From the NCBI GenBank assembly GCA_010015805.1, contig ML978121.1, positions 186,001 to 250,000 on the forward strand: DNA of 64,000 nucleotides, given 5' to 3'. This DNA comes from Rhizodiscina lignyota (taxonomy: Eukaryota). A program made the translations under genes and the position numbers. Below, piece after piece: positions 49,476-63,800 of the stretch (positions are counted from its first letter, which is position 1; the number at the start of each line of letters is the position of its first letter). The notes beneath the pieces were generated by a model. That model made no database searches and had not been told where the DNA came from. It saw nothing but the letters and a program-made list of their open reading frames with translations.

Positions 49476-49972
49476 TCGTCGGAATATATATTGACTTCCT
49501 GCGGAAACTAGATTTTAACAATATTTTCACAATGTATCTAAACAACGTTAGGAGCTCACCAGTTCCATTGTTACATTGTGCCAAAAGTGCCAAGCTCGTC
49601 GTGTCTAACCACATAGCCCTGCATGGCTTTGGGGCTTTGTTGGAGGAACAAAGGCTCCCGCAGCTGCTATATCGAAGACGACAGAACAATGTTAGGCTTG
49701 CAACGGTGTGAGAAAAACCAACATGCGCACAATGATGGAACGCACCCAATGTTATAGGCGACAACGCTGATTGTAGAAGACATGACGTTCGTTGACTGAA
49801 GGTATAAGAAAGGACGGACCCTGGGTCATATTCAGCCGCAGTACCAAAAAATTGTCCTCTCGAAGTCAGAGATTGCGCCGCCCTCAATCTCTAGTTACGA
49901 AACCTTTGAACTCGACCCTGTATCGAGCCAGTTCAAGAAGGTAAGTTCACACCTCAGATCGAATCAACACCA

Positions 49973-50542
49973 ATGGCCCACTTAGGGCCCACATACACGT
50001 ATATCCCAGGCCCCATGTGCTGGAAGTGGTCCGCAGAGTTCCACTTGTTGCAATGTGGACATTACGTTAGCACTAGCCAGCCCCAACCCTGTGCCCAAAA
50101 CTGTGCACAGTCGTGCTCTGTTTATGACGCGTTTCACTGCATGCAGTGTGTGAGCACGCAGGATATGATAGGCGTCCACCCCGGGGAAATTGCTAATATT
50201 CAAAGTAGAATGCGCCCAGCGGTGGCCGTGTCGAGTGCGTACGCTATGAGGCATAGGCTTGTTGGAACGGGGACTCAAAGCAGGTCGCCGGGTCGGATTA
50301 GTCTGGAAAGGGACAACCGCATTCTCTACGGCAAGAAACCCCACTCTACTCAAGGCAAGTTTGGTCCATCCAAGGTATGGGAGAAGCCACGCGCTGATCG
50401 TATGCAGGGCGTGACCAAGACCTTCCGCCTTGAGTTTGATAATGATGGAGATGTGGTCATGCAGGAGGAGGCTCCCGATTCGAGTTTTATCATGGCCTTC
50501 ACAGGAACTGGACTCTGTCAACTTAGGAAAACAGGATTTTGA
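49973..50542 (+). CDS. Orphan protein with the same CGH/Cys motif
   Basis: 189-codon ORF containing MC..FHLLQCGHYVSTSQPQPCAQNC...FHCMQC. ATG context CACCAATGG. Confidence 0.6.
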   Translation: MAHLGPTYTYIPGPMCWKWSAEFHLLQCGHYVSTSQPQPCAQNCAQSCSVYDAFHCMQCVSTQDMIGVHPGEIANIQSRMRPAVAVSSAYAMRHRLVGTGTQSRSPGRISLERDNRILYGKKPHSTQGKFGPSKVWEKPRADRMQGVTKTFRLEFDNDGDVVMQEEAPDSSFIMAFTGTGLCQLRKTGF

Positions 50543-51295
50543 TACCTAGTTGGTTGAGGAAGGATATGTTGTAGTAACTCACCTTATAAAGGGATGCTGT
50601 CAATCTTGAAATGCCAAGTCCCCTTTCCACAAATTTTGAGTTACCTCGAGGGTGATCAAATAGTGACCGCCGGGCAAGTTGTAACGCCCAAGGGAGAGCA
50701 GTTCTTGCACTTCAAGGCGAGTGAGACTATCTCTGAAAGCTTCGTGCTATGTTCTTCGGAGTGTATATGACAATACTACACCGTTGAACCCATCGTACAT
50801 CTTAATAGTTCTAGAGTGTCCTAGCTGTTCAGCATCTTGAATGCTGTCGCCAACATGTGATCACCCTAGAGGCTAGGTTCTTAACGTAGATGTTATCGTT
50901 GTCTTCAGACGGAGTACTGTAACCGAACTCCTCGGAAAGTAACAGATTGTTGGTCGGTGCTTAGCTTCCGTTCGAGGGACAGAGTCGACATTATGTGAAG
51001 GCTTCTAATGTGCGAAATGAGGGCCTTTCTTTGAACGGGGTACGGGTCGTGATTAAGGTGTGGCGTCGCGTCGTGCTGCCGGCAGGACGGAGTATGCCGT
51101 AAGCGAAGCTCATTGGATGGATCTTCGATCGAGTGCGGCTTTAACTGCATCACTACCACCTGCGACGCTGCAAAGCACTTTTCTCCTCCCGTCACTTCCC
51201 GTACGTCATTCGCTGCTTTCAGAGTGTAATGAGCACTCTATTGCCTTGCACCTCTGCAATATCACTTATATGTTAAGGCGCTCAGACAAGTGACG

Positions 51296-54200
51296 ATGCT
51301 CGCCTCTTTCAGAAACTGTGGCTGCCGCGTGGTGGCGCGTGGCGGTTCTGCGGGAGCGAGCTATAGCATTGCGACGAGACCGTTTCCCAACTTCGCGTTG
51401 AGCTCGAAGCGCAGAGCGTTGGCACTGACACCGAGGTATTCCCAAAGCCGCAGCTATGCCATCGCCGCGGAGGACACGGACAAGGGCGTGGTGAGCTTCT
51501 TGACTGTGCCGGTGGAGCTCGTTTGGGAGCAGCTTCTAACAACTATGGTATAGGACCCGAACGACTCCTTCCTCCAAGGCAATACGGCCAACTACGTCGA
51601 CGAAATGTACATGCAGTGGAAGCATGACCCTTCGAGCGTCCATGTGTCTTGGCAAGTCTACTTCCGCAACATGGAAGACGGCGACATGCCCATGTCCAAA
51701 GCTTTCCAACCACCCCCTACGCTCGTCCCTAGCCCCATAGGCGGAGTACCAACATTTACACCTGGCGTAGGCATGGCAACTGGACAAGGCTCGGATGTCA
51801 TGAACCATTTGAAGGTCCAGCTGTTGGTACGCGCATATCAGGCCCGAGGCCACCATAAGGCGAAGATCGACCCACTTGGAATTCGCAATACAGAGGCCGA
51901 TCGCTTTGGATACAGCAAGCCAAAGGAATTGGATCTGTCATACTATCAATTTACGGACAAGGATCTTGACCAAGAGTTCGAGTTGGGACCTGGTATCTTA
52001 CCACGATTCAAGACGGAAACGAGGCAGAAGATGACTCTGCGCGAGATCATCGATGCTTGCGAGAAAATGTACTGTGGTTCTTATGGTGTCGAGTACATCC
52101 ACATTCCGGATCGAGAACAGTGTGACTGGCTTCGCAATCACATTGAAGTGCCTCAGCCCTACAAATATTCGGTCGACGAGAAGCGTCGTATCCTGGACCG
52201 TCTTATCTGGGGCTCCAGCTTTGAAGCATTCCTTGCTACGAAGTATCCGAACGATAAGCGCTTTGGTCTGGAGGGTGGCGAGACCCTCATTCCAGGCATG
52301 AAAGCTCTGATTGACCGCAGCGTGGACTATGGTGTCAAGGACATTGTCATTGGCATGCCCCATCGTGGCCGCCTGAACGTGCTCAGCAATGTCGTCCGAA
52401 AGCCGAACGAATCGATCTTTTCCGAGTTTTCCGGTACTGCCGATCCATCTGACGAGGGTTCTGGTGATGTCAAATATCACCTTGGTATGAACTTCGAGCG
52501 TCCGACTCCATCTGGCAGGCGAGTCCAGCTTTCTCTGGTCGCAAACCCATCTCACTTGGAAGCTGAGGATCCTGTTGTGCTGGGCAAGACTCGCGCAATT
52601 CTCCACTACAATAATGATGAGGACGAAGGTCGAACGGCTATGGGCGTGTTGCTTCACGGAGACGCTGCATTTGCTGCCCAAGGTGTCGTGTACGAAACTA
52701 TGGGATTCTATGCGTTGCCCAAATACCATACGGGCGGGACTATCCACATTGTTGTAAACAACCAAATCGGATTCACGACTGATCCCCGTTTCGCTCGATC
52801 CACACCATACTGCTCGGATATCGCGAAGGCAATCGACGCTCCTGTCTTCCATGTCAACGGCGACGACGTAGAAGCAGTGACTTTCGTGTGCCAATTGGCT
52901 GCGGATTGGCGTGCACAGTTCAAGAAGGATATTGTCATTGACATGGTCTGCTATCGCAAGCAGGGCCACAACGAGACTGATCAGCCATTTTTCACACAGC
53001 CTTTGATGTACAAGCACATCGCCGAACAGGAGCCATCGCTGGACAAATACGTCGACAAGCTTCTCGCCGAGAAAACGTTCACGAAGGACGACGTCGACGA
53101 GCACAGAAGGTGGGTCTGGGGCATGCTCGACGAGAGCTTCAACCGCAGCAAGGACTATCAGCCGACCGCTAAAGAATGGCTGACTTCGGCCTGGAATGGT
53201 TTCAAGTCGCCTAAGGAGCTCGCCACTGAAGTTCTGCCACACTTACCAACGGCAGTTGAGGAGGATAAGTTAAAGCACATTGCAGAGGTCATTGGGAATG
53301 CGCCAGAGGGTTTCCAAGTCCACCGTAACCTCAAGCGTATCTTAGCGCAACGCACAAAGACCGTTGCGGATGGCAAGAACATCGACATGTCAACCGGCGA
53401 AGCTCTCGCCTTCGGCACACTTTGCATGGAAGGGCATCATGTGAGAGTCTCGGGCCAGGATGTGGAGCGCGGCACATTTTCACAACGACATGCTGTGCTG
53501 CATGATCAGGAGAACGAATCGACATACACTCCGCTTCAGCATGTTGCCAGCAACCAAGGCACATTTGTGATCTCGAATTCTTCGCTAAGCGAATATGGAG
53601 TGTAAGTGGATCTCGGTTTAACTTTTGTTCGCGGCTGACATGGATGCAGGTTGGGCTTCGAGTATGGGTACTCGCTGTCCTCGCCCAACGCACTGGTAAT
53701 GTGGGAAGCACAGTTTGGTGACTTCGCCAACAATGCGCAATGCGTTATTGACCAATTCATTGCTTCTGGTGAAGTGAAGTGGCTGCAGCGATCGGGATTG
53801 GTGATGAGCATGCCGCATGGCTACGATGGGCAAGGTCCGGAGCACTCGTCCGGAAGGATGGAGAGATTCTTGCAGCTGTGCAACGAAGATCCACGCATCT
53901 TCCCCTCGCCGGAGAAGCTTGATCGGCAGCATCAGGACTGCAACATGCAGATCGCGTATCTGACTAAACCTTCCAACACCTTCCACATTCTGAGGCGTCA
54001 AATGAACAGGCAGTTCCGCAAACGTAAGTGACTCCTGTGACCCATTTATAACGGGTGCTGGCATGTGCTGACCTACATCAAAGCTCTCATTCTTTTCTTT
54101 TCCAAGTCGCTCCTGCGCCATCCGCTGGCACGCTCCAACCTCGAGGAGTTTACCGGAGAGTCGCATTTCGAGTGGATCGTCGAGGACCCAGCGCACGAAT

Positions 54201-54625
54201 CGGGCGAAATCGAGCCCCGCGACAAGATCTCCCGTGTGATTCTCTGCAGTGGACAAGTGTACGCCGCTCTCGTCAAGCATCGATCTGACAATAAAGTGAA
54301 CGATGTTGCGATCACTCGCGTCGAGCAGCTGCATCCTTTCCCGTGGGCGCAGCTGAAGGACAACCTTGATTCGTACCCGAATGCGCAGAACATCGTTTGG
54401 GCACAAGAAGAACCCCTCAATGCCGGAGCGTGGAGCTTTACGCAACCACGCATCGAGACTCTCCTCAACCACACTGAACATCACAATAGACGGCACGTAA
54501 TGTATGCGGGGAGGAACCCTAGCGCAAGTGTCGCTACTGGCATGAAGAGCGTGCATCAGAAGGAAGAGAAGGAGTTGCTCAACATGGCGTTCAGCGTGAA
54601 GCAGGACAAGCTGAAGGGGGAGTAA
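51296..54625 (+). CDS. KGD1: Mitochondrial 2-oxoglutarate dehydrogenase E1 component
   Basis: Presequence, then [34 protein letters not shown], ThDP motif [39 protein letters not shown] and [13 protein letters not shown]. Introns 51491-51553, 53602-53649 and 54024-54083. Confidence 0.98.
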
Positions 54626-55062
54626 TTTTTTGGGATCGTTCTGAGTACCTATTGCATGCGAGGCAACTTCTATACCAGCTTTCAACGCGGCGAGAGGCAA
54701 GATGGAGGAGGTGATGATGATGCGGTGATGAGGGTACGTCAAAGTTACGATTCTTAAGGGAGTGGACAAGTTGTAAAATAGAAACAAGATTCCCCGTAGC
54801 CGAGTGTGTGAAGGCGTTATATCGTGAAGTTAGCAAACATTTCAAATTCAAAAGTTTTTGTGTCTTACAAGTATTTCGACATTTTACACGCCTTGTTTAG
54901 CTGGAGGGGAATTCATGTTGAAGCGTCGGGCGCATCTCACAAGGACCCGCCACCGCCTGCAAGAACTCGACGCGGCGCAACGCGTTCCCGAGCCTGCAAG
55001 ATTGAAGAGGCTCTGCGACGTGAGCTCAGGCACCACCATCGCTCCTTCTTCTCTCCCCAAGC

Positions 55063-57176
55063 ATGTCAACGACCTCGACGAGGGCTTCTACATCATACAA
55101 GAAGCAAGATGGCATCCTCGCATTGGCTAAAGACCGGAAGACCGTGGTTTGGACCCCCGCCGCTCCGCCGAATGCGCCGCCGGCCTTGACTTTGCTGGTT
55201 CAGAACATCTCGAGTAGGCCTCGTGTTTCGCTGTAAATATGGACGTGTATATGTGGATTGTGTATTGACTTTATCATTGATTAGATCTTCAACAAACGGG
55301 TGCAGCAAGCGCAAAAGTCTCGATCAAAGTATTCGTCCAGCGACCCGGCGCCCCAACCCCAGATACGTACGTCTTCAACTTCACATCGCCAAAGGATGCT
55401 CGTGCGGAACAGGTGGCGATTACCGATGAGCTGAAGATCGCTATTGAGGATGGCAAGAAGCAGAATGAAGAGATGCAAGTGCATGTGGAGACGCCTGGAC
55501 CAGCTGGCGACGCGGAGTCAGGCTCAGCAGCGATGGTGTTCGCCAAAGCGGTTTCTGGGGCATCGAATAAGGACGAGGATGCGATGCTGGAGGACTCGAA
55601 GTTGATTGCGGACAACAAGTTGCAAAGGTCACTGCTTGAGGCGAATCCGTCATTGAGGCAGAGGTTCAACGAGAGCCTCAAAGAGAAGCCCGAAAGCATC
55701 ACCATGTCCCAGTTCTCGATGCAGTTTTGGTCAACAAGGGTGCATCTGCTTCGTGCGCATGCTGTAGAAAAGAGCCAGAGCCAGGGAGCGTACAATGTGC
55801 TATCTGAAGTCAAGCCGAAAAACGTGGATGGCACGATTGTGCTCAACCTCAGCAAAGAGCAAATCCAAATCATCTTCAAACAACACCCGGTCCTCCGTCG
55901 GGTATACAACGAGGTGGTCCCTAGATTGAACGAGAGCGACTTTTGGGCGAGATTCTTCCAGAGCAAGCTCTTCAAGACTCTCAAAGGCGAGAAGATTACA
56001 GAGATCGATCATTCGGACCCGGTCCTGGACAAATTTCTCAACTTCGACGAGGATGCAGAGCGCGGAAGACAGTTGACTCTCGCTCACATTCCTCATTTCA
56101 TTGACCTTGAAGGCAATGAGCAAAACCACAGTCAGCGGAAGGGCAACGCTCCAGACTGGACGATGCGACCCACTGCGCACGACAAGGTTCCAATCTTGCG
56201 TGCTCTCAACGATATGAGTGAGAAGATGATGGCGGACGTGCAACCATCTGATGCCGAGGCTCACGCACCTGCTGGTATGGACGAGGATACCTTTAACGAG
56301 CTTCAACTTCGCGATCTTCAGAGGCAGTCAGAGGATAACCGAATCATGCTGCGCATAAAAGACCAGGCGCATTTCCTTGCAGGCGACGGAACAAACACTA
56401 ATGGTATGTCGGATGAAGCCGCGCTCTTCGCCAAGCAGTCACCGACCAAGGTGCTGTCGGTTTTGCAGCAAGACTTAAAATCAAACTTCCTCGGCCCTGA
56501 TGGCGGCTATGGCGTCAATTTGGAAGCAGCGATTGGCGTACATGATGACAGCTCTTCCGATTCCGACTCTGATTCCGGAAAGAAGAAGAGGAGAGCAACG
56601 CGTGTTGGCAGCAAGGCGGCCCGCGCCGCTGCAACTACTCATGTCATGCAGCTGATCCGCACCCGTCGCGAACAGACATCCACCTCCGACTTCTCTTCCT
56701 TTGATGCGCCGACAGGGACCTTTGCCCCCCTGTCTTCCGCGGCCGCGGCCTCGGAAACCGGCTTGTCCACTCATGTGCTTGACCAGCTATCGATGACGCA
56801 TAACACGACCATTGAGTTCTTGCACTACTTTTGGGTAGTTTTCCTCTCTGGTGACGCCGATCGCGCGCGCGAATTGGCGACGCTGGCACAGACCCTTGAG
56901 AAGAGCATCACCAGGATCGATGCCGTCGGCGACGCAGCTGAGAAAGAGCGGGAAGAGCGGGTGGAAAAGTTGAGGAGGCATGCAGAGGAAGTTGAAAAGA
57001 GAACGGGCCGGAAGCGTAGAGTCGACATTTCGAGTGTGAGAGGTGGAAAGGCGGAGGTGATGCGGGTGGCTGGACCAACCTTGAATGCAATCAAGGATTC
57101 GGTCGAGAGATACAAGGCAGAGCTGGAGAAGCAGACGCAGGCAGCCCAGAGACTATCATCTGGAGCAATATCATGA
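55063..57176 (+). CDS. TFB1: TFIIH p62 subunit (Tfb1): PH and BSD domains
   Basis: Exon 1 MSTTSTRASTSYKKQDGILAL..VVWTP; intron 55214-55284; then NLQQT. BSD motifs QFWSTRVHLLRAHA, GAYNVLS, QIIFKQHP and EsdFWARFFQS; C-terminal THNTTIEFLHYFW. Confidence 0.93.
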
Positions 57177-60140
57177 CGCTACATGAGTCAGACCAAGAGG
57201 AGTACTGCTACTCTTGGAATAGCAAGGACATGATTGAACTCGCATTCACCATCCGGCAGAATTAACGAGGCTGTAGGATACAGATCATCATTATGGCAGA
57301 AGGAATGGTAAAGCATAGCGCTGGCGTTGGATGTATTCATAGAGATCGGCTTTCAGCAAGTAGATAGCTGCAGAATGAGTCTACAAACATCAAATGTAGA
57401 AAACTGTCTCTCGACCGCCTGATCTAGACCTCCTGCTCAAGGTATGCAACGGGGAGGATATTTATGACGACCATATTCAAACCAACTATTTTTGAAATCA
57501 CAGCGTATGTAGTGCAGATCTTGCAGTATGCTTCCTTCCGTTGCGTCGTGCCAAAGCACAAGACGCAATCCCCCAAGCCTTAGTAACATGTTCTCCTGCA
57601 TCTCCGCCCGTGACTGATGCTCGTTTGAAGGGCCTGCATACGCCATATGCACAAGACATGCACGTACGTTTGCCTATTTCGTTTTAGCTGTGGCTGGAGC
57701 TCGCTCTGGCAAGCACCAGCAAGCCACTCCGTATCCACGGCCGATGACACTGCAGCGCCCTCCCTTGCGAAAATGCATTGAAATAGCACGAGCCGCTTCA
57801 TGCGGCAAGAATCGTATGACGATTCGGATTGAGCGACGAGGTTCCCCAGATCGGTTGGACCACACTCGTTGCACGCCTTCAGGCGCGTGGGATACAGAGC
57901 CTCACAATCCAAGATCGGCGGCGGCGGCTTGCGTCCGACGATTTTCGGACAACCAATGAGGGTGGATAGTGGGTCGTGGAGCCTCTTGGTCGTTTGCTAA
58001 ATTTGAAGAAAAGAGATGGCAAAGAGGCGAAAGCAATTGAAGACATGGTGGAGCGAAGAGCTCATGTCCTACGCAGCAGAGATCGGCCACGTCATTGCCG
58101 TCATTGTGCTTTGGGGCGGACGTCTTCCCTGCGTCGGATGCATCCGAGAAACGTCAAGGCTAGGCTATTCGACGCGTGCAATCTCCCTCTGTCGAGTGGG
58201 AGCAATTCTGAAACTGCTGTGATGCGTCCCACTTCGGGTGTATTAAGCCGCAGGCGCGCTCGACGTGAAAGGTGGTGCGCGTCGTGGAAAATTTTGCTGG
58301 AAACAGAGCCCGATCAACGGGTCCAGACCAGTTGATCTTCTTCCATGGCGCTGTTCATCATTGCAACTGCGCCTCACTGATCCCGGGGTGTTGAAACGAT
58401 GCTGGTCGGCCCTTTTCCCAACTGTTTCTCGTCCAATGCTGTCGAGATGGCGCGTCATTGCCCCAGGGGTCCTCCGTTGCTCTGGCGAACAGACCCTGGA
58501 TTTGATTCAGGCTCGCGTGGGTCTTTTGCACGTGGCAGACGTGTATGTGGCGTCGCCGTCTTTAAAGCACCGGCGCGCTGGGAAACGCGGTCCGCCTTAG
58601 CTCTGGAGATCCTGCTCGTCCGGGAGAAGTAAGGAGCAAATCCTCTGGCCATGGGCACCCGCTCTGTGGCTCAGCAACATGATACCACAGTTCTTTTGAC
58701 AACGGTGGAGGGCATGGCGCATTGGACATGCAGGTCATAGAGCGCCTAATCCCCGCAAAATCAAGCCGCTGGGATGCCGCTCGTTTTTCTTGCAGGATAT
58801 AAGCCACTTCACAGTCGATCGGTGTGCAAAATCAAGGCGGGCATTCCAAATTATTTTTTCTGGTGCTGCCTCCTCCGGATCGAACTTATGTCGCTGTGTT
58901 CCGCGTCGAGCTGTCCGGACACACAGCGGGCGTGAAATGCGTGGAACGGAATCGTACTGGGACTAAAGAAATGCTACCAGCGTCTGCAGCTCCCCGACAC
59001 GTCACATGGCATCACGTATGGATGTGAGCACTGGCAATGGGGAAATGAAGTTCCTTTGCTTTATATATCTTCACCGTCTGTGCGGACGGCGAATGGCTTT
59101 TGGGCTGGGTTGTTTTGTACCCAGTGGCCACCGGAGCTCCACTTCTATCTCTCCAGGGTCCTGGCTCTGCGCCGGGAATCCTGCCCTTGCTTTGTGCTTT
59201 CCTGCATTGTTCGCTTGACATCATCCCGAGCATTAAAAGGCTTGCTTCCCTGATTTTTCGTTCGAGCCTTCTCTGAGCCTTCTGTCCGCTGGATTCGAGT
59301 TCTGAAGAGCATGGCATGATGGTTCGGGGAGAAGGTGTGCAGCGCCGATCAATGTACCTAGTACTTGGGTGGCACGTGTGGAGCTCTCGGAGAGCAAGCT
59401 ACTCACCACGAATATGGATGGAAATGTTTTAGCATCGTGACATTGTCGTCGATGCTTGACCTTCCCGTCGATGTACTGATACCACTGCGACCCTTCACGC
59501 CCGGGCCGGTAAATACGGCTGTGGTATATCGTGAGTACTTGATGTCTCATCATTGTCCCCATAGCTAACAACCGAGAACAGCTAAAGCTCAAGGAAAGTT
59601 TTCCATAACCGTCTCTCGTCTCAAGTGAGTTGTCTTGACTACTCCTGCCCGGTAGTCCAACAAATGATATTCCCGGGTAATTTATATCCAATAACACAAG
59701 TCCTTTTCCATAACACCACGCTATGTCCGCCCAGTCAAAATCATTTTGCATGTGACCAATAAATCGTTGCTTGAGGTCTTATACTTGGTAACGAGTAACG
59801 CCGAAGATCTCGTACGGAAAGAGCTTGGAAATCGTTAGGGAATTCGGAAAGTCTAAACGAGCGAGCTTCATGCGCGTTCACAAAAAGGAAAACGGGGCTC
59901 CGTATGCACAGCATCTTGAAAGGCTGTTGTTGCTTCGTGGATCGTCACATCGTCGAGGTCTAGGCTGATACTCCGCCAAAGCCGAGCCGCACTGGAGAAT
60001 CCAAGAGGCTTCTAAAGATCACCACGACTTAGTTCGGAGGTTCTTCTTCAGGTAATTGAGGAGAATGTAACGCAACGATGGCTCAAGGAATAGGATCACG
60101 TACCTTGGAAAGTTGGATTGCTGCCTTACCGCATCCCGCT

Positions 60141-60847
60141 CTAATGGCCACCACCACTACCACTCGCTGAGTCTCGTGCTGGATCATAATAGCCTCTGGA
60201 ATTTCGACTAGGCAGGGCCGTGTGGTCCGCTACTGGAAAGAAAGAGGATATTAGCTATGCTTCTCCAATGGCCAGCCACACAGGAGCTAGACGAACAGCT
60301 TATGGTATTGGTTGGGGATGTTGGCGCGCTTCCAGCGCTGCTGGCACTACTCTCACGAGCTAGCCTACCATTGTTGCGACCTCTGTTCCGAGTATCGCGG
60401 TACCGGAACACATGCCAAAGAACCCAGCGGATAATCCAGTTGTCGACGTTGCCTTGCTCATGAGTGCGGCCATAGTCGTACACCTGCTGAGTCTCAGGCG
60501 AAGCATTCCGCCATATCAGCATGACCTCGTTGTAGAGAGCAGTCTCAGTCATCTGGCTGGATGAATACGGTGGCCTGACTTTGGAGTCATTCCTGGCTTC
60601 GGCATTCAGATTAGAGCGGTCTGCGCTCAGTGCCTTGCGAGCCTCGGAAGCCTCGTCCTACACAATGGTCAACAACCTATTGGGAAATCGAAACAAGAAA
60701 GGCTGATTCACGCACCTTCATGAGATTGTATAGGCGCTTGTGGCCCTCATTCTTCTCGGACCAGCCCAAGTGCTTGAAGAAGTCAGACTTGGACCTGCTC
60801 TGCGCAAGTTTCGGCAGCGGTTGAACTTGGTGCTGATGAGACGACAT
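60141..60847 (-). CDS. Conserved-looking fungal hypothetical protein (three exons)
   Basis: MSSHQHQVQPLPKLAQSRSKSDFFKHLGWS..RLYNLMK|DEA..PPYSSSQMTETA..DNWIIRWVLWHVFRYRDTRN..|..YYDPARD. Introns ~60659-60715 and ~60233-60296 are canonical and splice in frame. Confidence 0.75.
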
Positions 60848-63800
60848 GACTGTCACGGGTCCCCTGTATTCCGGCAAAAAGGCTATATCAGATTCAGATG
60901 TCCTTTTAGGGCTGACGGTCAAGGAAGAAGTGGCCTGTACGAAGACCCTTATCCCAAGCGGAAGAGACAACACACCTTAAACTGCTGACGAGATAGGTGG
61001 GAGACTGCAGGTGTTGGTAGTGGTAGCTAGCAATCGCTGCCATGGTTGTGGTGCAGGAAGCGCTGCGAATCACCGGTCCCTCCCAGTGCTCACGGGATTC
61101 CTTGGGGCTGGGGTAGGTCGGCGATCTTTGCCTTCTTTCTCGATCGGTTGTCACCGCGGACGCACAGAGGACATCAACGAGTTACAGACCGGCTCCGCAG
61201 CGAGTGAGGCAGGCTGCAAGACAATGTCTGCGCGCCTTGAGTACGACAGGGGTATGGGTGGGTCGGTTCGCGAGGAGGTGGAGAGTAGGACGAAGGCTCG
61301 AGAAGACTGCAAAGGCAGAGGTGGCAGGAGTTGCTTTGGGCTTAAGCACAGAAAATGATTTTCGCGGAGAGGCAAAATGACGAATGTGCTTCCAACGCAG
61401 CGGGACGATCTTGCAGGCCGCGAAGGATGTATTTCAATGATCCTGAAAGGGGCCTGCACGAGCTGGACCAGATTCTGCAACTAACATGATGCGTGCCAGG
61501 ACAGCGTGTCGAGGGCAGGCGAACCCGCGCGTCCCAAAGGAGCGAGAAGCGAGACAGGACAACTCTCCGCGCAGCGCTTTTCTGCTTCACTTCTCCTGCA
61601 TGTCCACGCGCCTGTTTAGGTGCAGCCGAGTGTCCACCACGCCATTGACTGCCCGCTTAGCCGTTGCAGACGGTTGTGGGCAGAAAAGCATCAGAAAGGC
61701 GGGTATAGGAGTGCTCGGCGCAGCCTTACTGGGCCGCCGTTCGTGTGGTCGACGCTAAACAGACCCAACCCCGGACTGATTCGAGCCCCATCCCAGGGCA
61801 AGACGGGCAGGGCATGCTGGCCATGCTATTTCTCAGACTTATTGCTTTTCTCCAGCTTGCACCATGAAAAGCGGCATCGCGGTGCGTGCGAGCCCTGCTC
61901 GGTCCGACCCACTGTGCAACCAGCGACTGGACCTCGTGTCTACAGATCGGATGGGAAAAGCGACGCGGGTGCAGAGAGGCACGCGGCTCATGCATTTGAG
62001 ATGGTTGAACGGCGTCTCGCTGCCGCACTAAGGCGTGGTAGGTGCCGCAGAGACGCCGTTGACGAAAGCACCGACACTGACTCAGGCAGGCGAAGGACGA
62101 CGCTTCCATTCTTCGAACGATGTGCTGCGTCCCACTGCGCCGTGACGAAGAGGCCACACGGAAGATTTGCACAGCGATCACGCATGTATTGGACGCCATG
62201 CCAGGAGATGGGAGCTCTTAGCCCCATCTGAGAGGGCTATCAGCGGGGATGGACAGCGTCGTGGAGTGAGCATCCAATGGCGCGCGATGCCCGCCTTTTC
62301 CCGCAGTACGTCCACTATTTGGAAGCAGGCCGGCCGGGCATAACGCTGCTCAACGGTGATAAGAAGCAACGACGTCTCTGGCCGTTTTTTGGACCGCCGT
62401 CTCGCGTGGCTGTCCCCACTTTAAGCTTTCCATGACAGCCACGCGAAGTTCTAGCGCGGGCATCTAACGCAATCCGCGTCGTTCTAGGTTGAACCGCATT
62501 CGCGCGCTGGGCCGCAAGCTGGAGGCCTTTGGGCTGCGAGTTCGACCCGTTGGAGACGGACGCACCATGCGCTTTCCTCTTTCGGCCGTACTAAGTCTGG
62601 AGCGGTCGATCGCAGCCACACGATCGTCGTCGTTCCATCCGGCCCTTTCCAACCACGCTGCAAATCATCATCTCAGCACGATCGATGCCTCGATATGGCC
62701 CATCGGCCTCTACCGCTGGTCCGAAGAGACACCTGTCCAGAAGCCCTGGCCTGCTGTGGCTCTGCGGTTCATCCTGGACTGTGGCTAGCCACACGGCGTG
62801 TCCGGAAGCAAGTCGACAAGCGATCCCTTAACTCTAACTTAAATTCCGCAACCGGAGGCGGTCCAACTGACTTCCAAAGCGCCCTCTCAACGTTCGTTCT
62901 CGAAGACGCCATAGCGCGTGGAACAACCGAAGCGCCGCATTAGGCCGCCCGCGCTACCGCACTCTGACAGCCTTTATTGAACACTAGCCCTTCCGCTCCA
63001 AGCCAGGCGCCACGTGGTGTGGCTGAAGGCCGGGCATGAAAACTGGGCGCAGGTGACTTTCATCGTATGATTTCAGCTGTCAGATTGCGCTTTGAAAGGC
63101 GCACTTGTCGATTGGCAGGGCGCGAATATCAGCGTGCGATGTCTCGGCCTCGCTAGAGTTGTCGGTACCACTGCTGGCATTGGAGCGTCGCATGTTCACG
63201 CTCGACTTGACTCTCCCGAGATCCAACCCCGGCCACTAATGCAGCAGCACAGCCGAGCGAAGAAACTTTTCTCGGGGGAGAAGGTTTTCTCGGAGCATGC
63301 GGAAGTTGTGGTGTGGTGCAGCAAAACGTGGATGTGAACACTATCCGATGCGCTGCAGTGCGCGAGTATTTTAGTGTGTGGCGTCTGGGCCCCTTGCTAA
63401 GGTCAGCCCCATTGGAACGGTAGGCGCCGAATGGCGGAGCTGATGCACGCAAACTCTATCAGATAACCAGTGGGTAGAGGATTTCAGCCAACCTCGCATA
63501 TGCAAAAATCTGGAGAAGAACCCAGGCAGCTAAATGACTCGTAAAAGGCCCGATTACAGTAGCACGCGGCGAAACGTGTCTTGAGGAGAAGTGCTGCGAG
63601 CTCGATGGACATGGGATTTCCATCCAGCATCGCTCTGCTGAAGCCGCGATTCACGTCTCAGCTCACGACGAGACGCCTGACTGGAGCGAGTCCAAATAGA
63701 GCAACGTTTAGCGGTGTGGTCGGCCCGTGTTCGAGACGTACGATGGATCAGATCACATTTGCATGTAAGCGAAATACCTCCAACCAGACGGCTAAAGGGC

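Noticed and set aside
51998..54787. Long antisense ORFs (414 and 389 aa), and similar ones opposite SEC3, SRP40, STU2, laccase and TFB1
   Set aside because: These are shadow ORFs caused by codon bias of the real genes on the other strand.
59233..59751. 172-codon minus-strand ORF
   Set aside because: No motif I can identify and no supporting gene structure.
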